Assembly: GCA_963623195.1 (NCBI GenBank)
Contig: CAVFKA010000002.1
Coordinates: 15,997-79,996 of the forward strand
Source: a bacterium
GTDB taxonomy: Bacteria > Bacillota_I > Bacilli_A > RFN20 > CAG-826
Reading direction: 5' to 3'
DNA: 64,000 nt
The notes below the pieces were generated by a model that worked only from the letters and a program-made list of their open reading frames with translations, was not told where the DNA came from and did not search any database. How positions within the stretch are numbered: position 1 is the stretch's first letter; every line of letters begins with the position of its first letter. This document shows positions 26,065-36,044 of the stretch, piece after piece. Made by a program: the position numbers and the translations under genes.

Positions 26065-27519
26065 ATGCCAAACTACAAAGTTAATATGAGGCCGGATAAA
26101 AATCCGATGCCAGCCCAAGAACCTTCTGTAAGAGCTCATAATTTTAAAGAAGTTACATCTGGATATACTCACGAAATGGCAATTGATGAAGCGTTCCGTT
26201 GCCTTGATTGTCCTAAACCTGCTTGCGTTCCAGGTTGCCCTGTTCATATTGATATTCCTGGCTTTATTGCCAAAATACGTGAAGATGATATCAAGGGTGC
26301 AAACGACGTTCTTCTTAAATCATCTTCCTTATCATCTATTTGTGGCCGTGTTTGCCCACAAGAATCTCAATGTGAGAAGAATTGCTTAAGAGGCAAGATG
26401 CCAATTAGAGAAAAAGACGAAACAGGCAAGATGGTCGTTAAAGGAAATGGCGAAGCCGTTGCTATTGGCAGACTTGAGAGATATGTTGCTGACTATGCAA
26501 GAGAAAATAATTTAGTTGAGTTCTCTAAAGTTGAAAGCAATGGACATAAAGTCGCCATCGTTGGTTCAGGTCCTTCTGGATTGACATGTGCTGGAGATTT
26601 AGCAAAACTTGGCTATGACGTGACTGTTTTTGAAGCATTACATGTTGCTGGTGGAGTTCTCTCATATGGTATTCCTGAATTCCGTTTACCGAAGGATATT
26701 GTCAAAAAAGAATGCGCTAATCTTGAAAAGATGGGCGTTAACATCAAAACAAACGAAGTCATTGGAAAGATTCATTCAATCGATGAACTTCTTGATGATG
26801 GATATGAAGCAATATTTGTCGGTTCTGGTGCAGGGTTGCCACGTTTCATGGGCATTCCTGGAGAGAATTTGAATGGCGTCTTATCCGCAAACGAATTCTT
26901 AACACGTATCAACCTCATGAAAGCATATAAAGATGACCCAGAAACTCCTGTGGTCCATGGAAAGAGAGTTGCCGTCATTGGTGGTGGCAACGTTGCTATG
27001 GATGCGGCCCGTTCTGCCTTAAGACTTGGTGCAGAGAAGGTATATATCGTTTATCGTCGTTCCTTAGAAGAACTTCCTGCTCGTAAAGAAGAGGTTGAGC
27101 ATGCAATGGAAGAAGGAGTTGAATTCAAGCTTCTTAACAATCCTATTGCAATCCTTGATGATGGAAAATTCAACGTTAAGGGCATGCGTTGCATCAAAAT
27201 GGAACTTGGAGAGCCTGACGCATCAGGCAGAAGAAGACCTGTTGCGGTTGCTAACAGTGAGTTTGATCTCGAAGTCGATGTTGTCATTCAATCAATTGGT
27301 ACTTCACCTAACCCACTCATCAAAAATACAACAAAGGGTTTAGAGACAAATCCACATGGATGCATTGTTACTTCAGGTGAGAGTGGTGCTACAACAAAAG
27401 AAGGAGTCTTCGCTGGTGGAGATGCTGTCACTGGTGCAGCCACCGTCATTCTTGCTATGGGTGCAGGTAAAAATGCTGCCGCAGCCATTGATGAATATAT
27501 CAAAGCAAAAGCTAAATAA
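26065..27519 (+). CDS. GltD-like NADPH-dependent glutamate-synthase beta-chain family oxidoreductase (NfnB/SudA-like)
   Basis: Two [4Fe-4S] Cys clusters (CLDCPKPACVPGCP; CGRVCPQESQCEKNC) and an FAD/NADPH Rossmann motif IVGSGPSGLTCAGDLA. Confidence 0.8.
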   Translation: MPNYKVNMRPDKNPMPAQEPSVRAHNFKEVTSGYTHEMAIDEAFRCLDCPKPACVPGCPVHIDIPGFIAKIREDDIKGANDVLLKSSSLSSICGRVCPQESQCEKNCLRGKMPIREKDETGKMVVKGNGEAVAIGRLERYVADYARENNLVEFSKVESNGHKVAIVGSGPSGLTCAGDLAKLGYDVTVFEALHVAGGVLSYGIPEFRLPKDIVKKECANLEKMGVNIKTNEVIGKIHSIDELLDDGYEAIFVGSGAGLPRFMGIPGENLNGVLSANEFLTRINLMKAYKDDPETPVVHGKRVAVIGGGNVAMDAARSALRLGAEKVYIVYRRSLEELPARKEEVEHAMEEGVEFKLLNNPIAILDDGKFNVKGMRCIKMELGEPDASGRRRPVAVANSEFDLEVDVVIQSIGTSPNPLIKNTTKGLETNPHGCIVTSGESGATTKEGVFAGGDAVTGAATVILAMGAGKNAAAAIDEYIKAKAK

Positions 27520-27535
27520 AATCACTTAAAAAGCA

Positions 27536-27562
27536 AAAACACCTAGGGCGTCTAGGTGTTTT
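27536..27562. terminator. Bidirectional rho-independent terminator
   Basis: 11-bp stem aaaacacctag/ctaggtgtttt with loop ggcgt, flanked by A- and T-runs. Confidence 0.7.
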
Positions 27563-27565
27563 CTT

Positions 27566-28675
27566 TTATTTTTTGTAGTAATTGTCTCCCTCAGAATGGT
27601 ATGTTCCGTATTCGCATCCAACATGGTTTGTAATCATCTTATCTATGAGATTCTTGCCATGATAAAGCTCTATATACCCTTTACCGGTTCCTCCATTGAA
27701 GAGACGGTGGAATTTCTTTTCTCCATCAGGCGCTTCATAGTTGATTAGCAACATTTCTTCTTTTGGACATTCAATATGGGTGATCATTCTATTCTTGAAA
27801 CTCTTTGTTTGGATATCCCAAATGATTTTCTCGTCAGTTTCATAACAATCAAATTTGGTCTTTGTAAATGTCCAGAATTTGGAGAAATTAAATTCGTATT
27901 TCTTCCCTTCATAGAAAGCAGCAATAAGTAGTTTTCTATTAAAAGTGATACCGAAAGCGCGTGGACGTCCCCCTCCGATTTCAAAAGCGGAGTTCTCTAA
28001 ACGCTTGCCACTTTTCTCGCTTACAAGGTCCCAAGATGATAGCCAGACCCAAGGGGAGGTAAAATCCTTTCCCCAGTTTTTATCTGAATATCCATATGAT
28101 GTTTCTGGATTGATAATATATTTTTCTCCATTATAGGTGACTTCACCTGACATTACTGTTTTAACGCCTTGAGCATGCCAGTACATATCAAACGCTTTCA
28201 GATTTCTAAATAATGGGGAAGTTCCGTATCCAACATCGTAGGTAATCTTCTTATCTAGTTTGATATCAAAAGACATTTCTCCTTCGTCAGACAACATTCC
28301 TGGAGTTGGATTTTTGACGTTAACGTGACCTTTGATATGATTCTCTGTTAGCAAGAACTCCTCACCTGATATTTCTAGATGATCTTTTGCTATTTTGATT
28401 TCGTTATATGGGTAAAAACGATGAAGTTGAGACTTTCCTTCCTTTCCCCACGATCCGCAGTTTAACATCATGTATGAAGGCAATCCATCGGCCCCGTGTA
28501 TGACTTTAGAGGGAGAAAGGAGGGGGTTGATGAAGAAATATTCAACGAAAAAAGCTTTTTCTTCCCCGCTCTTTTCGTTTATTGCCGTAAAAGAGTGCCA
28601 CCACCAATCATAGCCTTTCTTGGTGTAGCTTCCTTTAAGCATGTATAGGTTTTTGTGCAATTCTTTTCTTTTCAT
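27566..28675 (-). CDS. Hypothetical protein, 369 aa, Trp-rich; possibly a CrtC/tocopherol-cyclase-like fold
   Basis: Long ORF with an RBS. The family guess is low-confidence and based only on loose motif resemblance. Confidence 0.45.
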   Translation of the reverse strand: MKRKELHKNLYMLKGSYTKKGYDWWWHSFTAINEKSGEEKAFFVEYFFINPLLSPSKVIHGADGLPSYMMLNCGSWGKEGKSQLHRFYPYNEIKIAKDHLEISGEEFLLTENHIKGHVNVKNPTPGMLSDEGEMSFDIKLDKKITYDVGYGTSPLFRNLKAFDMYWHAQGVKTVMSGEVTYNGEKYIINPETSYGYSDKNWGKDFTSPWVWLSSWDLVSEKSGKRLENSAFEIGGGRPRAFGITFNRKLLIAAFYEGKKYEFNFSKFWTFTKTKFDCYETDEKIIWDIQTKSFKNRMITHIECPKEEMLLINYEAPDGEKKFHRLFNGGTGKGYIELYHGKNLIDKMITNHVGCEYGTYHSEGDNYYKK

Positions 28676-28677
28676 AA

Positions 28678-29862
28678 TTATTTCAATATTGCAATGACGT
28701 GTTCTTGTCTTCCGCCTACTGCAATGGGCTTCCTATTTTCAATATATATGTCTGTCTCACTTCTCATACCAAAATCTGGCGCATAGATTCCTGGTTCTAA
28801 AGAGAAGGTAACGCCATTAGGTATTTCTCTTGTGTCGTGAGATTCGTAATTGTCAATATTTACTCCAGGGCCATGAGGAGAAACATCAACTGCAATTGAG
28901 TGTCCTGTTCTATGAGTGAAATATTGGCCATATCCTTTAGATTCTATATATGCTCTACCTACATCATCGACTTCGTATCCTTCAACTCTACGTAAAGGAA
29001 GATTCTTCTCTAGGAATTCAATATCTTTGTCTATGGCAACCTTTAATATTTGAAAACGTTCTTCAATTTCTTTAGGGACACTTTCTCCAACGTATCCCAT
29101 CCAAGTTATATCCGCATATACTCCTTCAGGATCGTCCATCTTTGCCCACATATCAATAAGAACAACGTCGCCTTTTCTAATTGGAGAAGAAGTATGTTCA
29201 TCCGGTCCATAATGAGGATTTGACGCATTTTTCCCAACTGCAACAATCGCAGGGTCATCATATACCATCCCCTCTTCATGGAATCTATCGCATATGAATT
29301 TTTGGATGGTATATTCTTGAACTTCTTCGTTCCTTAATATTTCATCTTTTATTTTCTTGAATGCTTCATCCTTTATTTTGAGGGCTAACTCACATGCTTT
29401 TAATTGAAGTTCGTGTGCCCTAGAAGAATATACGGCATTGAATTGTTGAAGAAGATCTCCAGAAGAGAGGATTTCGATGTTTAACGACTTAACGTATGCC
29501 ACGGATCCGTAATCCGCAAGAGAAATTCTTGGCAATAAACCATCCTCAGAGATGTCCATATAAACCCTCTTATAGTCCTTGAATGATTCTTTTTCTATTT
29601 CTAACATTTCTTGCCATCTGTTATAGACCTTGAGATCGAAATCTTTTGTTATTTCAGGGTCGTTTAAAAAGACTGTATCTATTGAGTGAGTGATGATATA
29701 TGGTTTCTCATTTTTAGGAAAAACAAGAATGATTTTCCTTGTTAACATCTTATTCCCTAAAAATGATACGACGGTCTTATTTCTATTTTCATAATCAACA
29801 AGAATCCATGCGTCTACATTATTCTTATTCAATTGGTTTTTAATAATATCGAACTTATCCAT
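28678..29862 (-). CDS. M24-family metallopeptidase (Xaa-Pro aminopeptidase or dipeptidase)
   Basis: M24 metal-ligand region HRTGHSIAVDVSPHGP and a creatinase/prolidase-like N-terminal domain. Confidence 0.8.
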   Translation of the reverse strand: MDKFDIIKNQLNKNNVDAWILVDYENRNKTVVSFLGNKMLTRKIILVFPKNEKPYIITHSIDTVFLNDPEITKDFDLKVYNRWQEMLEIEKESFKDYKRVYMDISEDGLLPRISLADYGSVAYVKSLNIEILSSGDLLQQFNAVYSSRAHELQLKACELALKIKDEAFKKIKDEILRNEEVQEYTIQKFICDRFHEEGMVYDDPAIVAVGKNASNPHYGPDEHTSSPIRKGDVVLIDMWAKMDDPEGVYADITWMGYVGESVPKEIEERFQILKVAIDKDIEFLEKNLPLRRVEGYEVDDVGRAYIESKGYGQYFTHRTGHSIAVDVSPHGPGVNIDNYESHDTREIPNGVTFSLEPGIYAPDFGMRSETDIYIENRKPIAVGGRQEHVIAILK

Positions 29863-29920
29863 AAGCTAACCTCTTAAGATAATTTTACCATTACTAATGA
29901 TTTTTGTTTAAAATGTATTC

Positions 29921-31693
29921 ATGAATATTGAAAGCAAATACACACCAAGCATTAATAGAAGTTGCCCATTAGATGGTCATCCTGATCCATATTGGAGAAG
30001 GGATGATTTTTTATCTTTGAATGGCCAATGGGATTTCTTAATTGATAAAAAGAAAGAGTTACCAGAGGAATATCTAGAAAAAATACTCGTTCCATTTTCA
30101 CCAGAAACTCCATTAAGCGGAATTGAAAGAAAAATAGAAAAAGATGATTATATTCATTATAGAAAAGAAGTTTTGATTGACAAAAAACATATTGGTAAAA
30201 ATGCCTTATTAAGGTTCATGGCAGTTGATCAAGAATGCGATGTCTATATCAATGGAGAACATGTTTTTTACCATGAAGGCGGATATGTTCCTTTTTCTGT
30301 ATTCCTTCCAACTCTAAAAGATAAACTTTTAATCGAGTTGATCGTTCATGACGATACAGAATCTTCCAAATATGCTAGAGGCAAACAATCGAATACACCA
30401 AAAGGTATTTTCTATCATCCAACAAGCGGTATTTGGCAAGAAGTGTATCTTGAATTCCTTGAAGATTCTTCTTATTTAGAATCAGTTAAAATTACAGGGG
30501 ATTTTGATAATAAAAAATTAATTTTCGACGGGAAAACGCATGGGAAAATTGAAAATATCAATATTTCTATCTTCTATAAAAATAAGCTAGTTTCACATGA
30601 CATTTTTGATGAAAATTGTCATGCGGAAATCGATATATCAAATGAGTTTCATCCTTGGTCACCTGAATCTCCAGATCTTTATGATATTGTCTATTCAACT
30701 GAAAATGATGAAGTGCATTCTATTTATGGAATACGTAAGGTTTCATATGAGACTCTTAATGGATATAAGTATCTCTTGCTTAATGAGAAACCAATCTTTT
30801 TAAATGGTGTCCTTGATCAGGGATATTTCTGTGATGGAGGATTAACTCCACCAAGTATAGACGCATTATATGATGATATTAAATTGACTAAAGATTGTGG
30901 ATTTAATTGCATTAGGAAACATATCAAAATGGAACTACGTCGTTTCTACTATCTTTGTGATAAAGAAGGCATCGTCATCATGCAAGATATGCTTAATGGA
31001 GGAGCTAAATATTCTCAAACTTTAATCAATCTTGCCCCGTTCTTGCCTTTACAGATTTCAGATAAGAATCCAATCCTTGGAAGAATAAACGATGAATCAA
31101 AAAACCAATTCTTAGTTGAAATGCAAGATATGGTAGACGATCTCTATAATGTTTCCTCGATTTTTGTTTGGACTTTGTTTAACGAAGGCTGGGGACAGTT
31201 TGATACAAAAGAGTGTTTGGAAAAATTAAAGAGGCTCGATTCAACTAGACTCATTGATGCGACAAGTGGATGGTATGATAAGAAACTTGGCGACTTCCGT
31301 TCCAGACATATTTATTTCAGACCAGTTTGGCTTGTTAACGATAAGAGACGTCTTATGTCTTTAACTGAATTTGGCGGATATTCCTGCTACATAAAAGATC
31401 ACTCTTATAGCGATATCGAATTTGGCTATAAGAAATTCAAAAGCAAGGAAAAACTTCAAGACGGTTTGGCCCATCTTTTTGAAAAAGAGGTCATGCGTGG
31501 AGTGAAAAAGGCAAGATTATGCATCGCAATATACACGCAATTGAGTGATGTTGAGGAAGAAGTTAACGGCCTAGTCACATATGATAGGAAAGTCATTAAA
31601 GTTGATTCAAAAAGAATGAGAGACATCAACGAGAGAATCGCAAAAGAATATCAGGCAATGTATCTAAAGGACAAAAAACATGTTAAAAATTAA
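29921..31693 (+). CDS. Glycoside hydrolase family 2-like protein
   Basis: N-terminal GH2 sugar-binding-like region (LNGQWDF...) and a TIM-barrel section with FNEGWGQ. Confidence 0.65.
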   Translation: MNIESKYTPSINRSCPLDGHPDPYWRRDDFLSLNGQWDFLIDKKKELPEEYLEKILVPFSPETPLSGIERKIEKDDYIHYRKEVLIDKKHIGKNALLRFMAVDQECDVYINGEHVFYHEGGYVPFSVFLPTLKDKLLIELIVHDDTESSKYARGKQSNTPKGIFYHPTSGIWQEVYLEFLEDSSYLESVKITGDFDNKKLIFDGKTHGKIENINISIFYKNKLVSHDIFDENCHAEIDISNEFHPWSPESPDLYDIVYSTENDEVHSIYGIRKVSYETLNGYKYLLLNEKPIFLNGVLDQGYFCDGGLTPPSIDALYDDIKLTKDCGFNCIRKHIKMELRRFYYLCDKEGIVIMQDMLNGGAKYSQTLINLAPFLPLQISDKNPILGRINDESKNQFLVEMQDMVDDLYNVSSIFVWTLFNEGWGQFDTKECLEKLKRLDSTRLIDATSGWYDKKLGDFRSRHIYFRPVWLVNDKRRLMSLTEFGGYSCYIKDHSYSDIEFGYKKFKSKEKLQDGLAHLFEKEVMRGVKKARLCIAIYTQLSDVEEEVNGLVTYDRKVIKVDSKRMRDINERIAKEYQAMYLKDKKHVKN

Positions 31694-32477
31694 GGCAGCA
31701 TTTTTCGATTTGGATTGGACTCTATATAACCACAAAGATGATAAGTGGGATGAGGAATCAATCAAAGCTATCAAAGAACTTCAAAAACTTGGAGTGAAAG
31801 TTTTCATTTGCACGGCTAGACCATATTGCTCTTTTGAATGGCTTGGCGCTTTCAAGATAGGAATTGATTGGGATGGCTATATTGCCTCCGCTGGTGGATA
31901 TTGCTTTGCTGATGGCAAATACCTTTTCACAAGTAAAATAGAAAATGATGAAGTCGAAAGATTTATAAAATTGGCATTAGAGAACAATACAACTTTAGAA
32001 CTTGTCGAGTTAAAAACAAGAAAGCTGATAGCCCCATTAACCAAAGAAGCAGAAGATCATTACGCCCATTTCAAAGAATTCATCCCGAATGTTGAACCAT
32101 ATCAAGGCGAAGATGTTGAAGGCATCAATTTCTTTTGCGACCCATCCCTTGATGAGCTTTTCCTAAAAGAATTCCCTAATCTTAGATATTGGAGATATTC
32201 GCCAACATCAGTTGACGTAATGCCATTTGAGCATCAAAAAGGGAACCTTATAAAAGTCATATTGGATTATTATGGAATTAAGAAAGATGAAGCGATAGCT
32301 TTCGGAGACGATCTTCAAGATATAAGCATGGCCGAAAACGTTAAATATTTCATTGCACTTGGCAATGCTAAAGAAGAAGTTAAAGCGGTTGCAAGCTACA
32401 TTACCGATGAAGTGTGGAATTCAGGCGTAGCTAAGGCTATCAAAAAGATAATAAACGAAGAAGATTTTCTTAAATGA
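31680..32477 (+). CDS. Cof-type HAD-family hydrolase
   Basis: Motif I FFDLDWTL, and a C-terminal GDDLQD (motif IV). Confidence 0.75.
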   Translation: MLKIKAAFFDLDWTLYNHKDDKWDEESIKAIKELQKLGVKVFICTARPYCSFEWLGAFKIGIDWDGYIASAGGYCFADGKYLFTSKIENDEVERFIKLALENNTTLELVELKTRKLIAPLTKEAEDHYAHFKEFIPNVEPYQGEDVEGINFFCDPSLDELFLKEFPNLRYWRYSPTSVDVMPFEHQKGNLIKVILDYYGIKKDEAIAFGDDLQDISMAENVKYFIALGNAKEEVKAVASYITDEVWNSGVAKAIKKIINEEDFLK

Positions 32478-32521
32478 GAAATTTGTGTACTATCTTTAAT
32501 AGATAGTAGTATCATTTCTCC

Positions 32522-35137
32522 ATGAAAAAGTTAGATCAAAGCAAAACACCATACGTAGACGCACTCAGTTCCTATATCAAAGATGATGTAGCTCCTTTTG
32601 ATGTTCCAGGACATCATATGGGAAACATTAAAAATAAGGCAACTGAACTTTTAGGACAAGGAACATATAGATTAGATGTTAATTCGCCTGTTGGATTAGA
32701 CACTTTAGGAAATCCTCATGGCGTTATTCAAGAGGCGGCCTCATATCTTGCTGAAGCTTGCAATGCCGATGAAGCATTTTTCTTAGTTAACGGAACCTCC
32801 TCTGGCATCATTGCAATGATATTAACTGCAGTTAAGGCTAACGAGAAAATCATTCTTCCTAGAAATATTCATAAATCTGTCGTTAACGCTTTGATACTTT
32901 CAGGCGCTAGACCATCCTACGTCATGCCTGAAATTGATTTAGATTTAGGCATTGCCAATCAGCCATCAGTTGAGCAATGGAAGAAAGCAATCATCCGTAA
33001 TCCATCCGCTAAAGCGGTTTTCATCATCAATCCTACATATTTTGGCGCGGTAACAAACTTGAAAGAAATTGTTGACTTCGCTCATGCTCACCATATGGCC
33101 GTATTGGTTGATGAAGCACATGGGGCTCATTATTATTTCCATGCAAACAAATCTTTAATGACCGCAATGGACGCAGGCGCTGATATGTCCGCCGCATCAT
33201 TTCACAAAACTAATGGCTCTTTGACACAATCCTCCGTCCTTTTGCTTAAAGGCAATCGTTATACAAGGGAAGATGTTCAACGCTCTTTGAATATCATCAA
33301 TTCGACATCTCCATCAGGACTATTGATCGCTTCAATCGATGGGGCACGTTCCTTTATGGCATCTCCTGAAGGTAAGAAAGCAATGGACAATGTTTATGAT
33401 TTAGTTTCATATGCTAGAAAGAAAATCGAGAAGATACCTGGGTTCATCAATGAAGACAAAAATCATTTCCTTGCCCATGGTGCGTATGATTATGACGAAA
33501 CAAAATTGGTAATTGGCCTAGACCATCTTGATTTGGATGGATTCGAGCTTTATCACCTTCTAAAAGAAAAATATGATGTTCAAATGGAACTTGCCGAACC
33601 AAATGAAGTCTTGGCGATCTTTTCGATTGGCACTAAAAAGAAACACGTCGATCAACTTATATCCGCATTAAAAGATATCTCAAAAGCTCATTACAATATC
33701 AAACACACAAGAAAGAAAGCTCATTACGATTCTTCGACCCCTTTCCAATTGGTAAGACCTCGTGTTTCATTCAACGCCCCCGGTAAATTGATCAAAATTG
33801 AAGATTGTGAAGGAGAAGTTTCCAAGGAACAAATCATGATGTATCCACCTGGAATTCCTCTTATTGCCCCAGGCGAAGTTTGGTCAAAAGAACTTGTTGA
33901 GCAAGTTAAGGCCTTCCAAAATTCAAAAGAAACGCACACCAAGCTTCTATCATCCTACAAAGGTCTATATGAGGTCATTGATACAAAGAAATGGAGAAGA
34001 TTCTCTTTCTATCAAAAGAATCTTGAAGACTATTACAAAAACAAAATCACGACTGTTTCTTCTGACGGTTTTCATTTTCCATTTGAAGGAGACGAGCATC
34101 AAGCCACGTTCATTCTTATGCCTTCTCGTTTAGATACATGGAGAAATAAGGCTAAACCAGGCCAAGAAAATTTCATCGAAGTTATCAAAGCCATAGCCAA
34201 GCATGAGTCAGTCATCGTTGGAGTCAATAAGGCAATCGGAAAGAAATTGATTGATAGACTTAACGAAATGGAGAACGTTTCTACAATGAAACTAGCTTAT
34301 AACGATGCATGGGCAAGAGATAATATGCCATTGTTTGTGAGTAATGGTGAAACGTTAAGAACAGTTGATTTCCGTTTCAATGCCTGGGGTGGAAAGGTGG
34401 ACGGACTCTATTCCGATTATCAAGATGATGACAATCTTGGTGCTTTGGTATCTAAAAAATTAAAATTACTTTCGTATTATCTTCCTTCCTTCGTCCTTGA
34501 AGGAGGATCGATTGCCATAGATGGTGAAGGCACCTTGATTACAACTGAAGCATGCCTTCTTTCAAAAGGACGCAACCCATATTATCAAAAAGAAGAAATT
34601 GAAGAGATCCTCCGTGACTATCTTGGCGTTGAAAAAATCATCTGGGTACCTCATGGAATTTATCAAGATGAAACAAACGAACACGTAGACAATATGATTT
34701 CCTTTATCCGTCCGGGCGAGGTCGTCATGGCTTGGAGCGAAGATAAAAAAGATCCTCAATATAAATTCTGCCAACAAACATATAAAGCTTTATCTGAAGC
34801 AACAGATGCAAAAGGAAGAAAGCTAATAATTCACAAACTTCCTTTACCAAAACCTATGTATCTAAGCAAAGAAGAAGCTGAAGGCCTTATTAAAGATGAA
34901 ACAACTCTAGACACAAGGGAAAATGGTAGAAGACTTGCCGCATCATACGTCAATTATTATCAAGGCAAAGATTTCGTTATCATGCCTGCATTTGGCGTTA
35001 AAGAAGACAAAGAAGCATACAAAATAATGTTAGAGCTCTATCCAAATAAAGAAATTCACCAAATTAACACTTATGAAATATTGTTAGGTGGTGGAAATAT
35101 ACACTGCATAACGATGCAATTGCCAAAGGAGAAATAA
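32522..35137 (+). CDS. Fusion protein: PLP-dependent Orn/Lys/Arg decarboxylase (SpeA-type) N-terminal half plus agmatine deiminase (AguA) C-terminal half
   Basis: Residues 1 to about 480 carry the decarboxylase major domain with the PLP-lysine region SFHKTNGSLTQSS. Residues from about 500 to 871 are an agmatine deiminase with the terminal catalytic Cys motif GGGNIHCITMQ. The single ORF is uninterrupted. Confidence 0.8.
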   Translation: MKKLDQSKTPYVDALSSYIKDDVAPFDVPGHHMGNIKNKATELLGQGTYRLDVNSPVGLDTLGNPHGVIQEAASYLAEACNADEAFFLVNGTSSGIIAMILTAVKANEKIILPRNIHKSVVNALILSGARPSYVMPEIDLDLGIANQPSVEQWKKAIIRNPSAKAVFIINPTYFGAVTNLKEIVDFAHAHHMAVLVDEAHGAHYYFHANKSLMTAMDAGADMSAASFHKTNGSLTQSSVLLLKGNRYTREDVQRSLNIINSTSPSGLLIASIDGARSFMASPEGKKAMDNVYDLVSYARKKIEKIPGFINEDKNHFLAHGAYDYDETKLVIGLDHLDLDGFELYHLLKEKYDVQMELAEPNEVLAIFSIGTKKKHVDQLISALKDISKAHYNIKHTRKKAHYDSSTPFQLVRPRVSFNAPGKLIKIEDCEGEVSKEQIMMYPPGIPLIAPGEVWSKELVEQVKAFQNSKETHTKLLSSYKGLYEVIDTKKWRRFSFYQKNLEDYYKNKITTVSSDGFHFPFEGDEHQATFILMPSRLDTWRNKAKPGQENFIEVIKAIAKHESVIVGVNKAIGKKLIDRLNEMENVSTMKLAYNDAWARDNMPLFVSNGETLRTVDFRFNAWGGKVDGLYSDYQDDDNLGALVSKKLKLLSYYLPSFVLEGGSIAIDGEGTLITTEACLLSKGRNPYYQKEEIEEILRDYLGVEKIIWVPHGIYQDETNEHVDNMISFIRPGEVVMAWSEDKKDPQYKFCQQTYKALSEATDAKGRKLIIHKLPLPKPMYLSKEEAEGLIKDETTLDTRENGRRLAASYVNYYQGKDFVIMPAFGVKEDKEAYKIMLELYPNKEIHQINTYEILLGGGNIHCITMQLPKEK

Positions 35138-35139
35138 TT

Positions 35140-36000
35140 ATGGTCAAAGTAGCAATCACCCAGTTTTCAATGTCGGAAAAATATGAGGAAAATATCGCTA
35201 AGGCAGATTCTTTAATACGCCAAGCAAAAGAAGAAGGCGCAAAGCTTGTTCTTCTCCCTGAGTTATTCGAAGGGCATTATTTTTGCCAAGTCGAAGACTA
35301 CGATAATTTTCTTTTGGCTGAAGAATTATCAACTTCAAAAACCATCAAACATTTCCAAGAGTTGGCAAAAGAAACACACATGGTCCTGCCAATTTCCTTT
35401 TTTGAGAAGAAAGGAAACTGTTTCTATAACTCTTTGGTAATGATTGATTCTGATGGAAGGATTGTTGATCTCTACCGCAAGTCACATATTCCAACAGGCG
35501 AATGTTATGAAGAGAAATTCTATTTCACTCCAGGGGATACAGGTTTTAAAGTTTTTAAAACAAGCATTGGCAATATTGGCGTTGGAATATGTTGGGACCA
35601 ATGGTTTCCAGAAACCGCTAGAATATTGGCTCTTAAAGGAGCGGAGATGTTGCTTTTCCCAACTGCAATCGGATCTGAACCAGTACTCGATAAAGATTCT
35701 AAATCCCATTGGCAAAATGTTATGAAAGGACATGCGGCCGCAAATATCATGCCTGTTTTAGCCTCCAATAGAGTTGGTATTGAAAAAGCTAAAAATTCCT
35801 CTATGAAATTCTTCGGATCATCCTTTATTACCGATCAACATGGGGACTTCGTTACAGAGATGAATCGTGAAGAAGAGGGCATGCGTGTAGTCGAATTCGA
35901 CCTAAAAGAGATTGCTAAAGAACGTTATTCATGGGGTGTATATCGTGATAGAAGAGTAGATTTATATTCCCCATTATTAAAAACGAATGACGAAGAATAA
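35140..36000 (+). CDS. aguB: N-carbamoylputrescine amidase (CN-hydrolase family)
   Basis: Nitrilase-superfamily E-K-C triad in context, with Cys in GVGICWDQWFPE. It starts 3 nt after the fusion gene. Confidence 0.85.
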   Translation: MVKVAITQFSMSEKYEENIAKADSLIRQAKEEGAKLVLLPELFEGHYFCQVEDYDNFLLAEELSTSKTIKHFQELAKETHMVLPISFFEKKGNCFYNSLVMIDSDGRIVDLYRKSHIPTGECYEEKFYFTPGDTGFKVFKTSIGNIGVGICWDQWFPETARILALKGAEMLLFPTAIGSEPVLDKDSKSHWQNVMKGHAAANIMPVLASNRVGIEKAKNSSMKFFGSSFITDQHGDFVTEMNREEEGMRVVEFDLKEIAKERYSWGVYRDRRVDLYSPLLKTNDEE

Positions 36001-36044
36001 AAAGATATAAAAATATCTTTCAAGAATAAACTTTGATAGAATGA

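Noticed and set aside
35246-35768. Cluster of short ORFs in both orientations within aguB
   Set aside because: These are alternative frames of a well-supported CN-hydrolase gene.
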